DNA of 64,000 nucleotides from the human T2T-CHM13v2.0 reference genome, Homo sapiens, in NCBI RefSeq assembly GCF_009914755.1, contig NC_060935.1. The stretch is one strand, 5' to 3'. Numbering within the stretch: position 1 is the stretch's first letter; the number at the start of each line of letters is the position of its first letter. The position numbers and the translations under genes were made by a program. Under the pieces are notes generated by a model. It saw nothing but the letters and a program-made list of their open reading frames with translations. It had not been told where the DNA came from and did no database searches. Below are positions 42,101 to 57,100 of this stretch, piece after piece.

Positions 42101-45100
42101 GCCTACTGTAGTAAAGGAAATAACTTCATCTAAAAACCAAACGGAAGCATTTACAGACAATTCTTAGTGATCATTGGATTGAACTAACAGAGCTGAACAT
42201 TCCTTTAGATGGAGCAGTTTCCAAACCCACTTTCTGTAGAATCTGCAAGTGGATATTTGGACTTCTCTGAGGATTTCGTTGGAAACGGGATAAACTTCCC
42301 AGAACTACAGGGAAGCATTGTGAGAAACTTCTTTGTGATGTTTGCATTCAACTCACAGAGTTGAACCTTGCTTTCATAGTTCAGCTTTCAAACACTCTTT
42401 TTGTAGAATCTGCAAGTGGATATTTGGACCACTTTGTGGCCTTCCTTCGAAACGGGTATATCTTCACATCAAACCTAGACAGAAGCATTCTCAGAATGTT
42501 TCCTGTGATGACTGCATTCAACTCACAGAGGTGAACAATCCTGTTGATGGAGCACTTTTGAAACTCTCTTTCTTTGGATTCTGCAAGTTGATATGTGGAC
42601 CTCTGTGAAGATTTCGTTGGAAACGGGTTCATCTTCACAGAAAAACTAAACAGAAGCATTCTCAGAAACTACTTTGTGATGTTTGTGTTCCACTTCAAGA
42701 ATTGAACTTTCCTCTTGACAGAGCAGCTCTGAAACCCTCTTTTTCTAGAATCTGCAAGTGGACATTTGGAGGGCTTTGAGGCCTGTGGTGGAAAAGGAAA
42801 ATCTTCACATAAAAACTAGATGGAAGCATTCTCAGAAACTACTTTGTGATGATTGCATTCGTCTCACAGAGTTGAACATTCCTATAGATAGAGCAGGTTG
42901 TAAACAATCTTTTTGTAGAATCTGCGATTGGAGATTTGGACTGCTTGGAGGCCTACTGTAGTAAAGTAAATAACTTCATCTAAAAACCAAACGGAAGCAT
43001 TCACAGACAATTCTTAGTGATCATTGCATTGAACTAACAGAGCTGAACATTCCTTTAGATGGCGCAGTTTCCAAACACACTTTCTGTAGAATCTGCAAGT
43101 GGATATTTGGACCTCTCTGAGGATTTCGTTGGAAACCGGATAAACTTCCCAGAACTACACGGAAGCACTGTGAGAAAATTCTTTGTGATGTTTGCATTCA
43201 ACTCACAGAGTTGAACCTTGCTTTCATAGTTCAGCTTTCAAACACTCTTTTTGTAGAATCTGCAAGTGGATATTTGGACCACTTTGTGGCCTTCCTTCGA
43301 AACGGGTATATCTTCCCATCAAACCTAGACAGAAGCATTCTCAGAATGTTTCCTGTGATGACTGCATTCAACTCACAGAGGTGAACAATCCTGTTGATGG
43401 AGCACTTTTGAAACTCTCTTTCTTTGGATTCTGCAAGTTGATATGTGGACCTCTGTGAAGATTTCGTTGGAAACGGGTTCATCTTCACAGAAAAACTAAA
43501 CAGAAGCATTCTCAGAAACTACTATGTGATGTTTGTGTTCCACTTCAAGAATTGAACTTTCCTCTTGACAGAGCAGCTCTGAAACCCTCTTTTTCTAGAA
43601 TCTGCAAGTGAACATTTGGAGGGCTTTGAGGCCTGTGGTGGAAAAGGAAAATCTTCACATAAAAACTAGATGGAAGCATTCTCAGAAACTACTTTGTGAT
43701 GATTGCATTCGACTCACAGAGTTGAACATTCCTATAGATAGAGCAGGTTGTAAACAATCTTTTTGTAGAATCTGCGATTGGAGATTTGGACTGCTTTGAG
43801 GCCTACTGTAGTAAAGGAAATAACTTCATCTAAAAACCAAACGGAAGCATTCACAGACAATTCTTAGTGATCATTGCATTGAACTAACAGAGCTGAACAT
43901 TCCTTTAGATGGCGCAGTTTCCAAACACACTTTCTGTAGAATCTGCAAGTGGATATTTGGACCTCTCTGAGGATTTCGTTAGAAAAGGGATAAACTTCCC
44001 AGAACTACACGGAAGCATGCTGAGAAACTTCTTTGTGATGTTTGCATTCAACTCACAGAGTTGAACCTTGCTTTCATAGTTCAGCTTTCAAACACTCTTT
44101 TTGTAGAATCTGCAAGTGGATATTTGGACCACTTTGTGGCCTTCCTTGAAACGGGTATATCTTCACATCAAACCTAGACAGAAGCATTCTCAGAATGTTT
44201 CCTGTGATGACTGCATTCAACTCACAGAGGTGAACAATCCTGCTGATGGAGCAGTTTTGAAACTCTCTTTCTTTGGATTCTGCAAGTGGATATGTGGACC
44301 TCTGTGAAGATTTCGTTGGAAACGGGTTCATCTTCACAGAAAAACTAAACAGAAGCATTCTCAGAAACTGCTTTGTGATGTTTGTGTTCCACTTCAGGAA
44401 TTGAACTTTCCTCTTGACAGAGCAGCTCTGAAACCCTCTTATTCTAGAATCTGCAAGTGGACATTTGGAGGGCTTTGAGGCCTGTGGTGGAAAAGGAAAA
44501 TCTTCACATAAAAACTAGATGGAAGCATTCTCAGAAACTACTTTGTGATGATTGCATTCGACTCACAGAGTTGAACATTCCTATAGATAGAGCAGGTTGT
44601 AAACAATCTTTTTGTAGAAAATGCGATTGGAGATTTGGACTGCTTTGAGGCCTACTGTAGTAAAGGAAATAACTTCATCTAAAAACCAAACGGAAGCATT
44701 CACAGACAATTCTTAGTGATCATTGGATTGAACTAACAGAGCTGAACATTCCTTTAGATGGAGCAGTTTCCAAACCCACTTTCTGTAGAATATGCAAGTG
44801 GATATTTGGACCTCTCTGAGGATTTCGTTGGAAACGGGATAAACTTCCCAGAACTACACGGAAGCATGCTGAGAAACTTCTTTGTGATGTTTGCATTCAA
44901 CTCACAGAGTTGAACCTTGCTTTCATAGTTCAGCTTTCAAACACTCTTTTTGTAGAATCTGCAAGTGGATATTTGGACCACTTTGTGGCCTTCCTTCGAA
45001 ACGGGTATATCTTCACATCAAACCTAGACATAAGCATTCTCAGAATGTTTCCTGTGAAGACTGCATTCAACTCACAGAGATGAACAATCCTGTTGATGGA

Positions 45101-48100
45101 GCACTTTGGAAACTCTCTTTCTTTGGATTCTGCAAGTTGATATGTGGACCTCTGTGAAGATTTCGTTGGAAACGGGTTCATCTTCACAGAAAAACTAAAC
45201 AGAAGCATTCTCAAAAACTACTTTGTGATGTTTGTGTTCCACTTCAAGAATTGAACTTTCCTCTTGACAGAGCAGTTCTGAAAACCTCTTTTTCTAGAAT
45301 CTGCAAGTGGACATTTGGAGGGCTTTGAGGCCTGTGGTGGAAAAGGAAAATCTTCACATAAAAACTAGATGGAAGCATTCTCAGAAACTACTTTGTGATG
45401 ATTGCATTCGACTCACAGAGTTGAACATTCCTATAGATAGAGCAGGTTGTAAACAATCTTTTTGTAGAATCTGCGATTGGAGATTCGGACTGCTTTGAGG
45501 CCTACTGTAGTAAAGGAAATAACTTCATCTAAAAACCAAACGGAAGCATTCACAGACAATTCTTAGTGATCATTGCATTGAACTAACAGAGCTGAACATT
45601 CCTTTACATGGCGCAGTTTCCAAACACACTTTCTGTAGAATCTGCAAGTGGATATTTGGACCTCTCTGAGGATTTCGTTGGAAACGGGATAAACTTCCCA
45701 GAACTACACGGAAGCATGCTGAGAAACTTCTTTGTGATGTTTGCATTCAACTCACAGAGTTGAACCTTGCTTTCATAGTTCAGCTTTCAAACACTTTTTT
45801 TGTAGAATCTGCAAGTGGATATTTGGACCACTTTGTGGCCTTCCTTCGAAACGGGTATATCTTCACATCAAACCTAGACAGAAGCATTCTCAGAATGTTT
45901 CCTGTGATGACTGCATTCAACTCACAGAGGTGAACAATCCTGCTGATGGAGGAGTTTTGAAACTCTCTTTCTTTGGATTCTGCAAGTGGATATGTGGACC
46001 TCTGTGAAGATTTCGTTGGAAACGGGTTCATCTTCACAGAAAAACTAAACAGAAGCATTCTCAGAAACTGCTTTGTGATGTTTGTGTTCCACTTCAGGAA
46101 TTGAACTTTCCTCTTGACAGAGCAGCTCTGAAACCCTCTTATTCTAGAATCTGCAAGTGGACATTTGGAGGGCTTTGAGGCCTGTGGTGGAAAAGGAAAA
46201 TCTTCACATAAAAACTAGATGGAAGCATTCTCAGAAACTACTTTGTGATGATTGCATTCGACTCACAGAGTTGAACATTCCTATAGATAGAGCAGGTTGT
46301 AAACAATCTTTTTCTAGAATCTGCTATTGGAGATTTGGACTCCTTTGAGGCCTACTGTAGTAAAGGAAATAACTTCATCTAAAAACCAAACGGAAGCATT
46401 CACAGACAATTCTCAGGATCATTGGATTGAACTAACAGAGCTGAACATTCCTTTAGATGGAGCAGTTTCCAAACACACTTTCTGTAGAATCTGCAAGTGG
46501 ATATTTGGACTTCTCTGAGAATTTCGTTGGAAAAGGGATAAACTTCCCAGAACTACACGGAAGCATTGTGAGAAACTTCTTTGTGATGTTTGCATTCAAC
46601 TCACAGAGTTGAACCTTGCTTTCATAGTTCAGCTTTCAAACACTCTTTTTGTAGAATCTGCAAGTGGATATTTGGACCACTTTGTGGCCTTCCTTCGAAA
46701 CGGGTATATCTTCACATCAAACCTAGACAGAAGCATTCTCAGAATGTTTCCTGTGATGACTGCATTCAACTCACAGAGGTGAACAATCCTGTTGATGGAG
46801 CACTTTTGAAACTCTCTTTCTTTGGATTCTGCAAGTTGATATGTGGACCTCTGTGAAGATTTCGTTGGAAACGGGTTCATCTTCACAGAAAAACTAAACA
46901 GAAGCATTCTCAGAAACTACTTTGTGATGTTTGTGTTCCACTTCAAGAATTGAACTTTCCTCTTGACAGAGCAGCTCTGAAACCCTCTTTTTCTAGAATC
47001 TGCAAGTGGACATTTGGAGGGCTTTGAGGCCTGTGGTGGAAAAGGAAAATCTTCACATAAAAACTAGATGGAAGCATTCTCAGAAACTACTTTGTGATGA
47101 TTGCATTCGTCTCACAGAGTTGAACATTCCTATAGATAGAGCAGGTTGTAAACAATCTTTTTGTAGAATCTGCGATTGGAGATTTGGACTGCTTGGAGGC
47201 CTACTGTAGTAAAGTAAATAACTTCATCTAAAAACCAAACGGAAGCATTCACAGACAATTCTTAGTGATCATTGCATTGAACTAACAGAGCTGAACATTC
47301 CTTTAGATGGCGCAGTTTCCAAACACACTTTCTGTAGAATCTGCAAGTGGATATTTGGACCTCTCTGAGGATTTCGTTGGAAACCGGATAAACTTCCCAG
47401 AACTACACGGAAGCACTGTGAGAAAATTCTTTGTGATGTTTGCATTCAACTCACAGAGTTGAACCTTGCTTTCATAGTTCAGCTTTCAAACACTCTTTTT
47501 GTAGAATCTGCAAGTGGATATTTGGACCACTTTGTGGCCTTCCTTCGAAACGGGTATATCTTCCCATCAAACCTAGACAGAAGCATTCTCAGAATGTTTC
47601 CTGTGATGACTGCATTCAACTCACAGAGGTGAACAATCCTGTTGATGGAGCACTTTTGAAACTCTCTTTCTTTGGATTCTGCAAGTTGATATGTGGACCT
47701 CTGTGAAGATTTCGTTGGAAACGGGTTCATCTTCACAGAAAAACTAAACAGAAGCATTCTCAGAAACTACTATGTGATGTTTGTGTTCCACTTCAAGAAT
47801 TGAACTTTCCTCTTGACAGAGGAGCTCTGAAACCCTCTTATTCTAGAATCTGCAAGTGAACATTTGGAGGGCTTTGAGGCCTGTGGTGGAAAAGGAAAAT
47901 CTTCACATAAAAACTAGATGGAAGCATTCTCAGAAACTACTTTGTGATGATTGCATTCGACTCACAGAGTTGAACATTCCTATAGATAGAGCAGGTTGTA
48001 AACAATCTTTTTGTAGAATCTGCGATTGGAGATTTGGACTGCTTTGAGGCCTACTGTAGTAAAGGAAATAACTTCATCTAAAAACCAAACGGAAGCATTC

Positions 48101-51100
48101 ACAGACAATTCTTAGTGATCATTGCATTGAACTAACAGAGCTGAACATTCCTTTAGATGGCGCAGTTTCCAAACACACTTTCTGTAGAATCTGCAAGTGG
48201 ATATTTGGACCTCTCTGAGGATTTCTTTAGAAAAGGGATAAACTTCCCAGAACTACACGGAAGCATGCTGAGAAACTTCTTTGTGATGTTTGCATTCAAC
48301 TCACAGAGTTGAACCTTGCTTTCATAGTTCAGCTTTCAAACACTCTTTTTGTAGAATCTGCAAGTGGATATTTGGACCACTTTGTGGCCTTCCTTGAAAC
48401 GGGTATATCTTCACATCAAACCTAGACAGAAGCATTCTCAGAATGTTTCCTGTGATGACTGCATTCAACTCACAGAGGTGAACAATCCTGCTGATGGAGC
48501 AGTTTTGAAACTCTCTTTCTTTGGATTCTGCAAGTGGATATGTGGACCTCTGTGAAGATTTCGTTGGAAACGGGTTCATCTTCACAGAAAAACTAAACAG
48601 AAGCATTCTCAGAAACTGCTTTGTGATGTTTGTGTTCCACTTCAGGAATTGAACTTTCCTCTTGACAGAGCAGCTCTGAAAACCTCTTATTCTAGAATCT
48701 GCAAGTGGACATTTGGAGGGCTTTGAGGCCTGTGGTGGAAAAGGAAAATCTTCACATAAAAACTAGATGGAAGCATTCTCAGAAACTACTTTGTGATGAT
48801 TGCATTCGACTCACAGAGTTAAACATTCCTATAGATAGAGCAGGTTGTAAACAATCTTTTTGTAGAAAATGCGATTGGAGATTTGGACTGCTTTGAGGCC
48901 TACTGTAGTAAAGGAAATAACTTCATCTAAAAACCAAACGGAAGCATTCACAGACAATTCTTAGTGATCATTGCACTGAACTAACAGAGCTGAACATTCC
49001 TTTAGATGGAGCAGTTTCCAAACCCACTTTCTGTAGAATCTGCAAGTGGATATTTGGACTTCTCTGAGGATTTCGTGGGAAACGGGATAAACTTCCCAGA
49101 ACTACACGGAAGCATTGTGAGAAACTTCTTTGTGATGTTTGCATTCAACTCACAGAGTTGAACCTTGCTTTCATAGTTCAGCTTTCAAACACTCTTTTTG
49201 TAGAATCTGCAAGTGGATATTTGGACCACTTTGTGGCCTTCCTTCGAAACGGGTATATCTTCACATCAAACCTAGACAGAAGCATTCTCAGAATGTTTCC
49301 TGTGATGACTGCATTCAACTCACAGAGGTGAACAATCCTGCTGATGGAGCAGTTTTGAAACTCTCTTTCTTTGGATTCTGCAAGTGGATATGTGGACCTC
49401 TGTGAAGATTTCGTTGGAAACGGGTTCATCTTCACAGAAAAACTAAACAGGAGCATTCTCAGAAACTGCTTTGTGATGTTTGTGTTCCACTTCAAGAATT
49501 GAACTTTCCTCTTGACAGAGCAGCTCTGAAACCCTCTTTTACTAGAATCTGCAAGTGGACATTTGGAGGGCTTTGAGGCCTGTGGTGGAAAAGGAAAATC
49601 TTCACATAAAAACTTTATGGAAGCATTCTCAGAAACTTCTTTGTGATGATTGCATTCGACTCACAGAGTTGAACATTCCTATAGATAGAGCAGGTTGTAA
49701 ACAATCTTTTTGTAGAATCTGCGATTGGAGATTTGGACTGCTTTGAGGCCTACTGTAGTAAAGGAAATTACTTCATCTAAAAACGAAACGGAAGCATTCA
49801 CAGACAATTCTTAGTGATCATTGGATTGAACTAACAGAGCTGAACACTCCTTTAGATGGAGCAGTTTCCAAACCCACTTTCTGTAGAATCTGCAAGTGGA
49901 TATTTGGACTTCTCAGAGGATTTCGTTGGAAACGGGATAAACTTCCCAGAACTACACGGAAGCATTGTGAGAAACTTCTTTGTGATGTTTGCATTCAACT
50001 CACAGAGTTGAACCTTGTTTTCATAGTTCAGCTTTCAAACACTCTTTTTGTAGAATCTGCAAGTGGATATTTGGACCACTTTGTGGCCTTCCTTCGAAAC
50101 GGGTATACCTTCACATCAAACCTAGACAGAAACATTCTCAGAATGTTTCCTGTGATGACTGCATTCAACTCACAGAGGTGAACAATCCTGGTGATGGAGC
50201 AATTTTGAAACTCTCTTTCTTTGGATTCTGCAAGTGGATATGTGGACCTCTGTGAAGATTTCGTTGGAAACGGGTTCATCTTCACAGAAAAACTAAACAG
50301 AAGCATTCTCAGAAACTGCTTTGTGATGTTTGTGTTCCACTTCAGGAATTGAACTTTCCTCTTGACAGAGCAGCTCTGAAACCCTCTTATTCTAGAATCT
50401 GCAAGTGGACATTTGGAGGGCTTTGAGGCCTGTGGTGGAAAAGGAAAATCTTCACATAAAAACTAGATGGAAGCATTCTCAGAAACTACTTTGTGATGAT
50501 TGCATTCGACTCACAGAGTTGAACATTCCTATAGATAGAGCAGGTTGTAAACAATCTTTTTGTAGAATCTGCGATTGGAGATTTGGACTGCTTTGAGGCC
50601 TACTGTAGTAAAGGAAATAACTTCATCTAAAAACCAAACGGAAGCATTCACAGACAATTCTTAGTGATCATTGCATTGAACTAACAGAGCTGAACATTCC
50701 TTTAGATGGCGCAGTTTCCAAACACACTTTCTGTAGAATCTGCAAGTGGATATTTGGACTTCTCTGAGAATTTCGTTGGAAAAGGGATAAACTTCCCAGA
50801 ACTACACGGAAGCATTGTGAGAAACTTCTTTGTGATGTTTGCATTCAACTCACAGAGTTGAACCTTGCTTTCATAGTTCAGCTTTCAAACACTCTTTTTG
50901 TAGAATCTGCAAGTGGATATTTGGACCACTTTGTGGCCTTCCTTCGAAACGGGTATATCTTCACATCAAACCTAGACATAAGCATTCTCAGAATGTTTCC
51001 TGTGAAGACTGCATTCAACTCACAGAGATGAACAATCCTGTTGATGGAGCACTTTGGAAACTCTCTTTCTTTGGATTCTGCAAGTGGATATGTGGACCTC

Positions 51101-54100
51101 TGTGAAGATTTCGTTGGAAACGGGTTCATCTTCACAGAAAAACTAAACAGAAGCATTCTCAAAAACTACTTTGTGATGTTTGTGTTCCACTTCAAGAATT
51201 GAACTTTCCTCTTGACAGAGCAGTTCTGAAAACCTCTTTTTCTAGAATCTGCAAGTGGACATTTGGAGGGCTTTGAGGCCTGTGGTGGAAAAGGAAAATC
51301 TTCACATAAAAACTAGATGGAAGCATTCTCAGAAACTACTTTGTGATGATTGCATTCGACTCACAGAGTTGAACATTCCTATAGATAGAGCAGGTTGTAA
51401 ACAATCTTTTTGTAGAATCTGCGATTGGAGATTCGGACTGCTTTGAGGCCTACTGTAGTAAAGGAAATAACTTCATCTAAAAACCAAACGGAAGCATTCA
51501 CAGACAATTCTTAGTGATCATTGCATTGAACTAACAGAGCTGAACATTCCTTTACATGGCGCAGTTTCCAAACACACTTTCTGTAGAATCTGCAAGTGGA
51601 TATTTGGACCTCTCTGAGGATTTCGTTGGAAACGGGATAAACTTCCCAGAACTACACGGAAGCATGCTGAGAAACTTCTTTGTGATGTTTGCATTCAACT
51701 CACAGAGTTGAACCTTGCTTTCATAGTTCAGCTTTCAAACACTTTTTTTGTAGAATCTGCAAGTGGATATTTGGACCACTTTGTGGCCTTCCTTCGAAAC
51801 GGGTATATCTTCACATCAAACCTAGACAGAAGCATTCTCAGAATGTTTCCTGTGATGACTGCATTCAACTCACAGAGGTGAACAATCCTGCTGATGGAGG
51901 AGTTTTGAAACTCTCTTTCTTTGGATTCTGCAAGTGGATATGTGGACCTCTGTGAAGATTTCGTTGGAAACGGGTTCATCTTCACAGAAAAACTAAACAG
52001 AAGCATTCTCAGAAACTGCTTTGTGATGTTTGTGTTCCACTTCAGGAATTGAACTTTCCTCTTGACAGAGCAGCTCTGAAACCCTCTTATTCTAGAATCT
52101 GCAAGTGGACATTTGGAGGGCTTTGAGGCCTGTGGTGGAAAAGGAAAATCTTCACATAAAAACTAAATGGAAGCATTCTCAGAAACTACTTTGTGATGAT
52201 TGCATTCGACTCACAGAGTTGAACATTCCTATAGATAGAGCAGGTTGTAAACAATCTTTTTCTAGAATCTGCTATTGGAGATTTGGACTCCTTTGAGGCC
52301 TACTGTAGTAAAGGAAATAACTTCATCTAAAAACCAAACGGAAGCATTCACAGACAATTCTCAGGATCATTGGATTGAACTAACAGAGCTGAACATTCCT
52401 TTAGATGGAGCAGTTTCCAAACACACTTTCTGTAGAATCTGCAAGTGGATATTTGGACTTCTCTGAGAATTTCGTTGGAAAAGGGATAAACTTCCCAGAA
52501 CTACACGGAAGCATTGTGAGAAACTTCTTTGTGATGTTTGCATTCAACTCACAGAGTTGAACCTTGCTTTCATAGTTCAGCTTTCAAACACTCTTTTTGT
52601 AGAATCTGCAAGTGGATATTTGGACCACTTTGTGGCCTTCCTTCGAAACGGGTATATCTTCACATCAAACCTAGACAGAAGCATTCTCAGAATGTTTCCT
52701 GTGATGACTGCATTCAACTCACAGAGGTGAACAATCCTGCTGATGGAGCAGTTTTGAAACTCTCTTTCTTTGGATTCTGCAAGTGGATATGTTGACCTCT
52801 GTGAAGATTTCGTTGGAAACGGGATCATCTTCACAGAAAAACTAAACAGGAGCATTCTCAGAAACTGCTTTGTGATGTTTGTGTTCCACTTCAAGAATTG
52901 AACTTTCCTCTTGACAGAGCAGCTCTGAAACCCTCTTTTTCTAGAATCTGCAAGTGGACATTTGGAAGGATTTGAGGCCTGTGGTGGAAAAGGAAAATCT
53001 TCACATAAAAACTAGATGGAAGCATTCTCAGAAACTACTTTGTGATGATTGCATTCGACTCACAGAGTTGAACATTCCTATAGATAGAGCAGGTTGTAAA
53101 CAATCTTTTTGTAGAATCTGCGATTGGAGATTTGGACTGCTTTGAGGCCTACTGTAGTAAAGGAAATAACTTCATCTAAAAACCAAACGGAAGCATTTAC
53201 AGACAATTCTTAGTGATCATTGCATTGAACTAACAGAGCTGAACATTCCTTTAGATGGAGCAGTTTCCAAACCCACTTTCTGTAGAATCTGCAAGTGGAT
53301 ATTTGGACTTCTCTGAGGATTTCGTTGGAAACGGGATAAACTTCCCAGAACTACAGGGAAGCATTGTGAGAAACTTCTTTGTGATGTTTGCATTCAACTC
53401 ACAGAGTTGAACCTTGCTTTCATAGTTCAGCTTTCAAACACTCTTTTTGTAGAATCTGCAAGTGGATATTTGGACCACTTTGTGGCCTTCCTTCGAAACG
53501 GGTATATCTTCACATCAAACCTAGACAGAAGCATTCTCAGAATGTTTCCTGTGATGACTGCATTCAACTCACAGAGGTGAACAATCCTGTTGATGGAGCA
53601 CTTTTGAAACTCTCTTTCTTTGGATTCTGCAAGTTGATATGTGGACCTCTGTGAAGATTTCGTTGGAAACGGGTTCATCTTCACAGAAAAACTAAACAGA
53701 AGCATTCTCAGAAACTACTTTGTGATGTTTGTGTTCCACTTCAAGAATTGAACTTTCCTCTTGACAGAGCAGCTCTGAAACCCTCTTATTCTAGAATCTG
53801 CAAGTGGACATTTGGAGGGCTTTGAGGCCTGTGGTGGAAAAGGAAAATCTTCACATAAAAACTAGATGGAAGCATTCTCAGAAACTACTTTGTGATGATT
53901 GCATTCGTCTCACAGAGTTGAACATTCCTATAGATAGAGCAGGTTGTAAACAATCTTTTTGTAGAATCTGCGATTGGAGATTTGGACTGCTTGGAGGCCT
54001 ACTGTAGTAAAGTAAATAACTTCATCTAAAAACCAAACGGAAGCATTCACAGACAATTCTTAGTGATCATTGCATTGAACTAACAGAGCTGAACATTCCT

Positions 54101-57100
54101 TTAGATGGCGCAGTTTCCAAACACACTTTCTGTAGAATCTGCAAGTGGATATTTGGACCTCTCTGAGGATTTCGTTGGAAACCGGATAAACTTCCCAGAA
54201 CTACACGGAAGCACTGTGAGAAAATTCTTTGTGATGTTTGCATTCAACTCACAGAGTTGAACCTTGCTTTCATAGTTCAGCTTTCAAACACTCTTTTTGT
54301 AGAATCTGCAAGTGGATATTTGGACCACTTTGTGGCCTTCCTTCGAAACGGGTATATCTTCCCATCAAACCTAGACAGAAGCATTCTCAGAATGTTTCCT
54401 GTGATGACTGCATTCAACTCACAGAGGTGAACAATCCTGTTGATGGAGCACTTTTGAAACTCTCTTTCTTTGGATTCTGCAAGTTGATATGTGGACCTCT
54501 GTGAAGATTTCGTTGGAAACGGGTTCATCTTCACAGAAAAACTAAACAGAAGCATTCTCAGAAACTACTATGTGATGTTTGTGTTCCACTTCAAGAATTG
54601 AACTTTCCTCTTGACAGAGCAGCTCTGAAACCCTCTTTTTCTAGAATCTGCAAGTGAACATTTGGAGGGCTTTGAGGCCTGTGGTGGAAAAGGAAAATCT
54701 TCACATGAAAACTAGATGGAAGCATTCTCAGAAACTACTTTGTGATGATTGCATTCGACTCACAGAGTTGAACATTCCTATAGATAGAGCAGGTTGTAAA
54801 CAATCTTTTTGTAGAATCTGCGATTGGAGATTTGGACTGCTTTGAGGCCTACTGTAGTAAAGGAAATAACTTCATCTAAAAACCAAACGGAAGCATTCAC
54901 AGACAATTCTTAGTGATCATTGCATTGAACTAACAGAGCTGAACATTCCTTTAGATGGCGCAGTTTCCAAACACACTTTCTGTAGAATCTGCAAGTGGAT
55001 ATTTGGACCTCTCTGAGGATTTCGTTAGAAAAGGGATAAACTTCCCAGAACTACACGGAAGCATGCTGAGAAACTTCTTTGTGATGTTTGCATTCAACTC
55101 ACAGAGTTGAACCTTGCTTTCATAGTTCAGCTTTCAAACACTCTTTTTGTAGAATCTGCAAGTGGATATTTGGACCACTTTGTGGCCTTCCTTGAAACGG
55201 GTATATCTTCACATCAAACCTAGACAGAAGCATTCTCAGAATGTTTCCTGTGATGACTGCATTCAACTCACAGAGGTGAACAATCCTGCTGATGGAGCAG
55301 TTTTGAAACTCTCTTTCTTTGGATTCTGCAAGTGGATATGTGGACCTCTGTGAAGATTTCGTTGGAAACGGGTTCATCTTCACAGAAAAACTAAACAGAA
55401 GCATTCTCAGAAACTGCTTTGTGATGTTTGTGTTCCACTTCAGGAATTGAACTTTCCTCTTGACAGAGCAGCTCTGAAACCCTCTTATTCTAGAATCTGC
55501 AAGTGGACATTTGGAGGGCTTTGAGGCCTGTGGTGGAAAAGGAAAATCTTCACATAAAAACTAGATGGAAGCATTCTCAGAAACTACTTTGTGATGATTG
55601 CATTCGACTCACAGAGTTGAACATTCCTATAGATAGAGCAGGTTGTAAACAATCTTTTTGTAGAAAATGCGATTGGAGATTTGGACTGCTTTGAGGCCTA
55701 CTGTAGTAAAGGAAATAACTTCATCTAAAAACCAAACGGAAGCATTCACAGACAATTCTTAGTGATCATTGGATTGAACTAACAGAGCTGAACATTCCTT
55801 TAGATGGAGCAGTTTCCAAACCCACTTTCTGTAGAATATGCAAGTGGATATTTGGACCTCTCTGAGGATTTCGTTGGAAACGGGATAAACTTCCCAGAAC
55901 TACACGGAAGCATGCTGAGAAACTTCTTTGTGATGTTTGCATTCAACTCACAGAGTTGAACCTTGCTTTCATAGTTCAGCTTTCAAACACTCTTTTTGTA
56001 GAATCTGCAAGTGGATATTTGGACCACTTTGTGGCCTTCCTTCGAAACGGGTATATCTTCACATCAAACCTAGACAGAAGCATTCTCAGAATGTTTCCTG
56101 TGATGACTGCATTCAACTCACAGAGGTGAACAATCCTGCTGATGGAGCAATTTTGAAACTCTCTTTCTTTGGATTCTGCAAGTGGATATGTGGACCTTTG
56201 TGAAGATTTCGTTGGAAACGGGTTCATCTTCACAGAAAAACTAAACAGAAGCATTCTCAGAAACTGCTTTGTGATGTTTGTGTTCCACTTCAGGAATTGA
56301 ACTTTCCTCTTGACAGAGCAGCTCTGAAACCCTCTTATTCTAGAATCTGCAAGTGGACATTTGGAGGGCTTTGAGGCCTGTGGTGGAAAAGGAAAATCTT
56401 CACATAAAAACTAGATGGAAGCATTCTCAGAAACTACTTTGTGATGATTGCATTCGACTCACAGAGTTGAACATTCCTATAGATAGAGCAGGTTGTAAAC
56501 AATCTTTTTGTAGAATCTGCGATTGGAGATTTGGACTGCTTTGAGGCCTACTGTAGTAAAGGAAATAACTTCATCTAAAAACCAAACGGAAGCATTCACA
56601 GACAATTCTTAGTGATCATTGCATTGAACTAACAGAGCTGAACATTCCTTTAGATGGCGCAGTTTCCAAACACACTTTCTGTAGAATCTGCAAGTGGATA
56701 TTTGGACTTCTCTGAGGATTTCGTTGGAAACGGGATAAACTTCCCAGAACTACACGGAAGCATTGTGAGAAACTTCTTTGTGATGTTTGCATTCAACTCA
56801 CAGAGTTGAAACTTGCTTTCATAGTTCAGCTTTCAAACACTCTTTTTGTAGAATCTGCAAGTGGATATTTGGACCACTTTGTGGCCTTCCTTCGAAACGG
56901 GTATATCTTCACATCAAACCTAGACATAAGCATTCTCAGAATGTTTCCTGTGAAGACTGCATTCAACTCACAGAGATGAACAATCCTGTTGATGGAGCAC
57001 TTTGGAAACTCTCTTTCTTTGGATTCTGCAAGTTGATATGTGGACCTCTGTGAAGATTTCGTTGGAAACGGGTTCATCTTCACAGAAAAACTAAACAGAA

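Noticed and set aside
44141-44157. Possibility that deletion 2 restores the degenerate CENP-B box
   Set aside because: The result CTTCCTTGAAACGGG still lacks TTCG and shortens the spacing.
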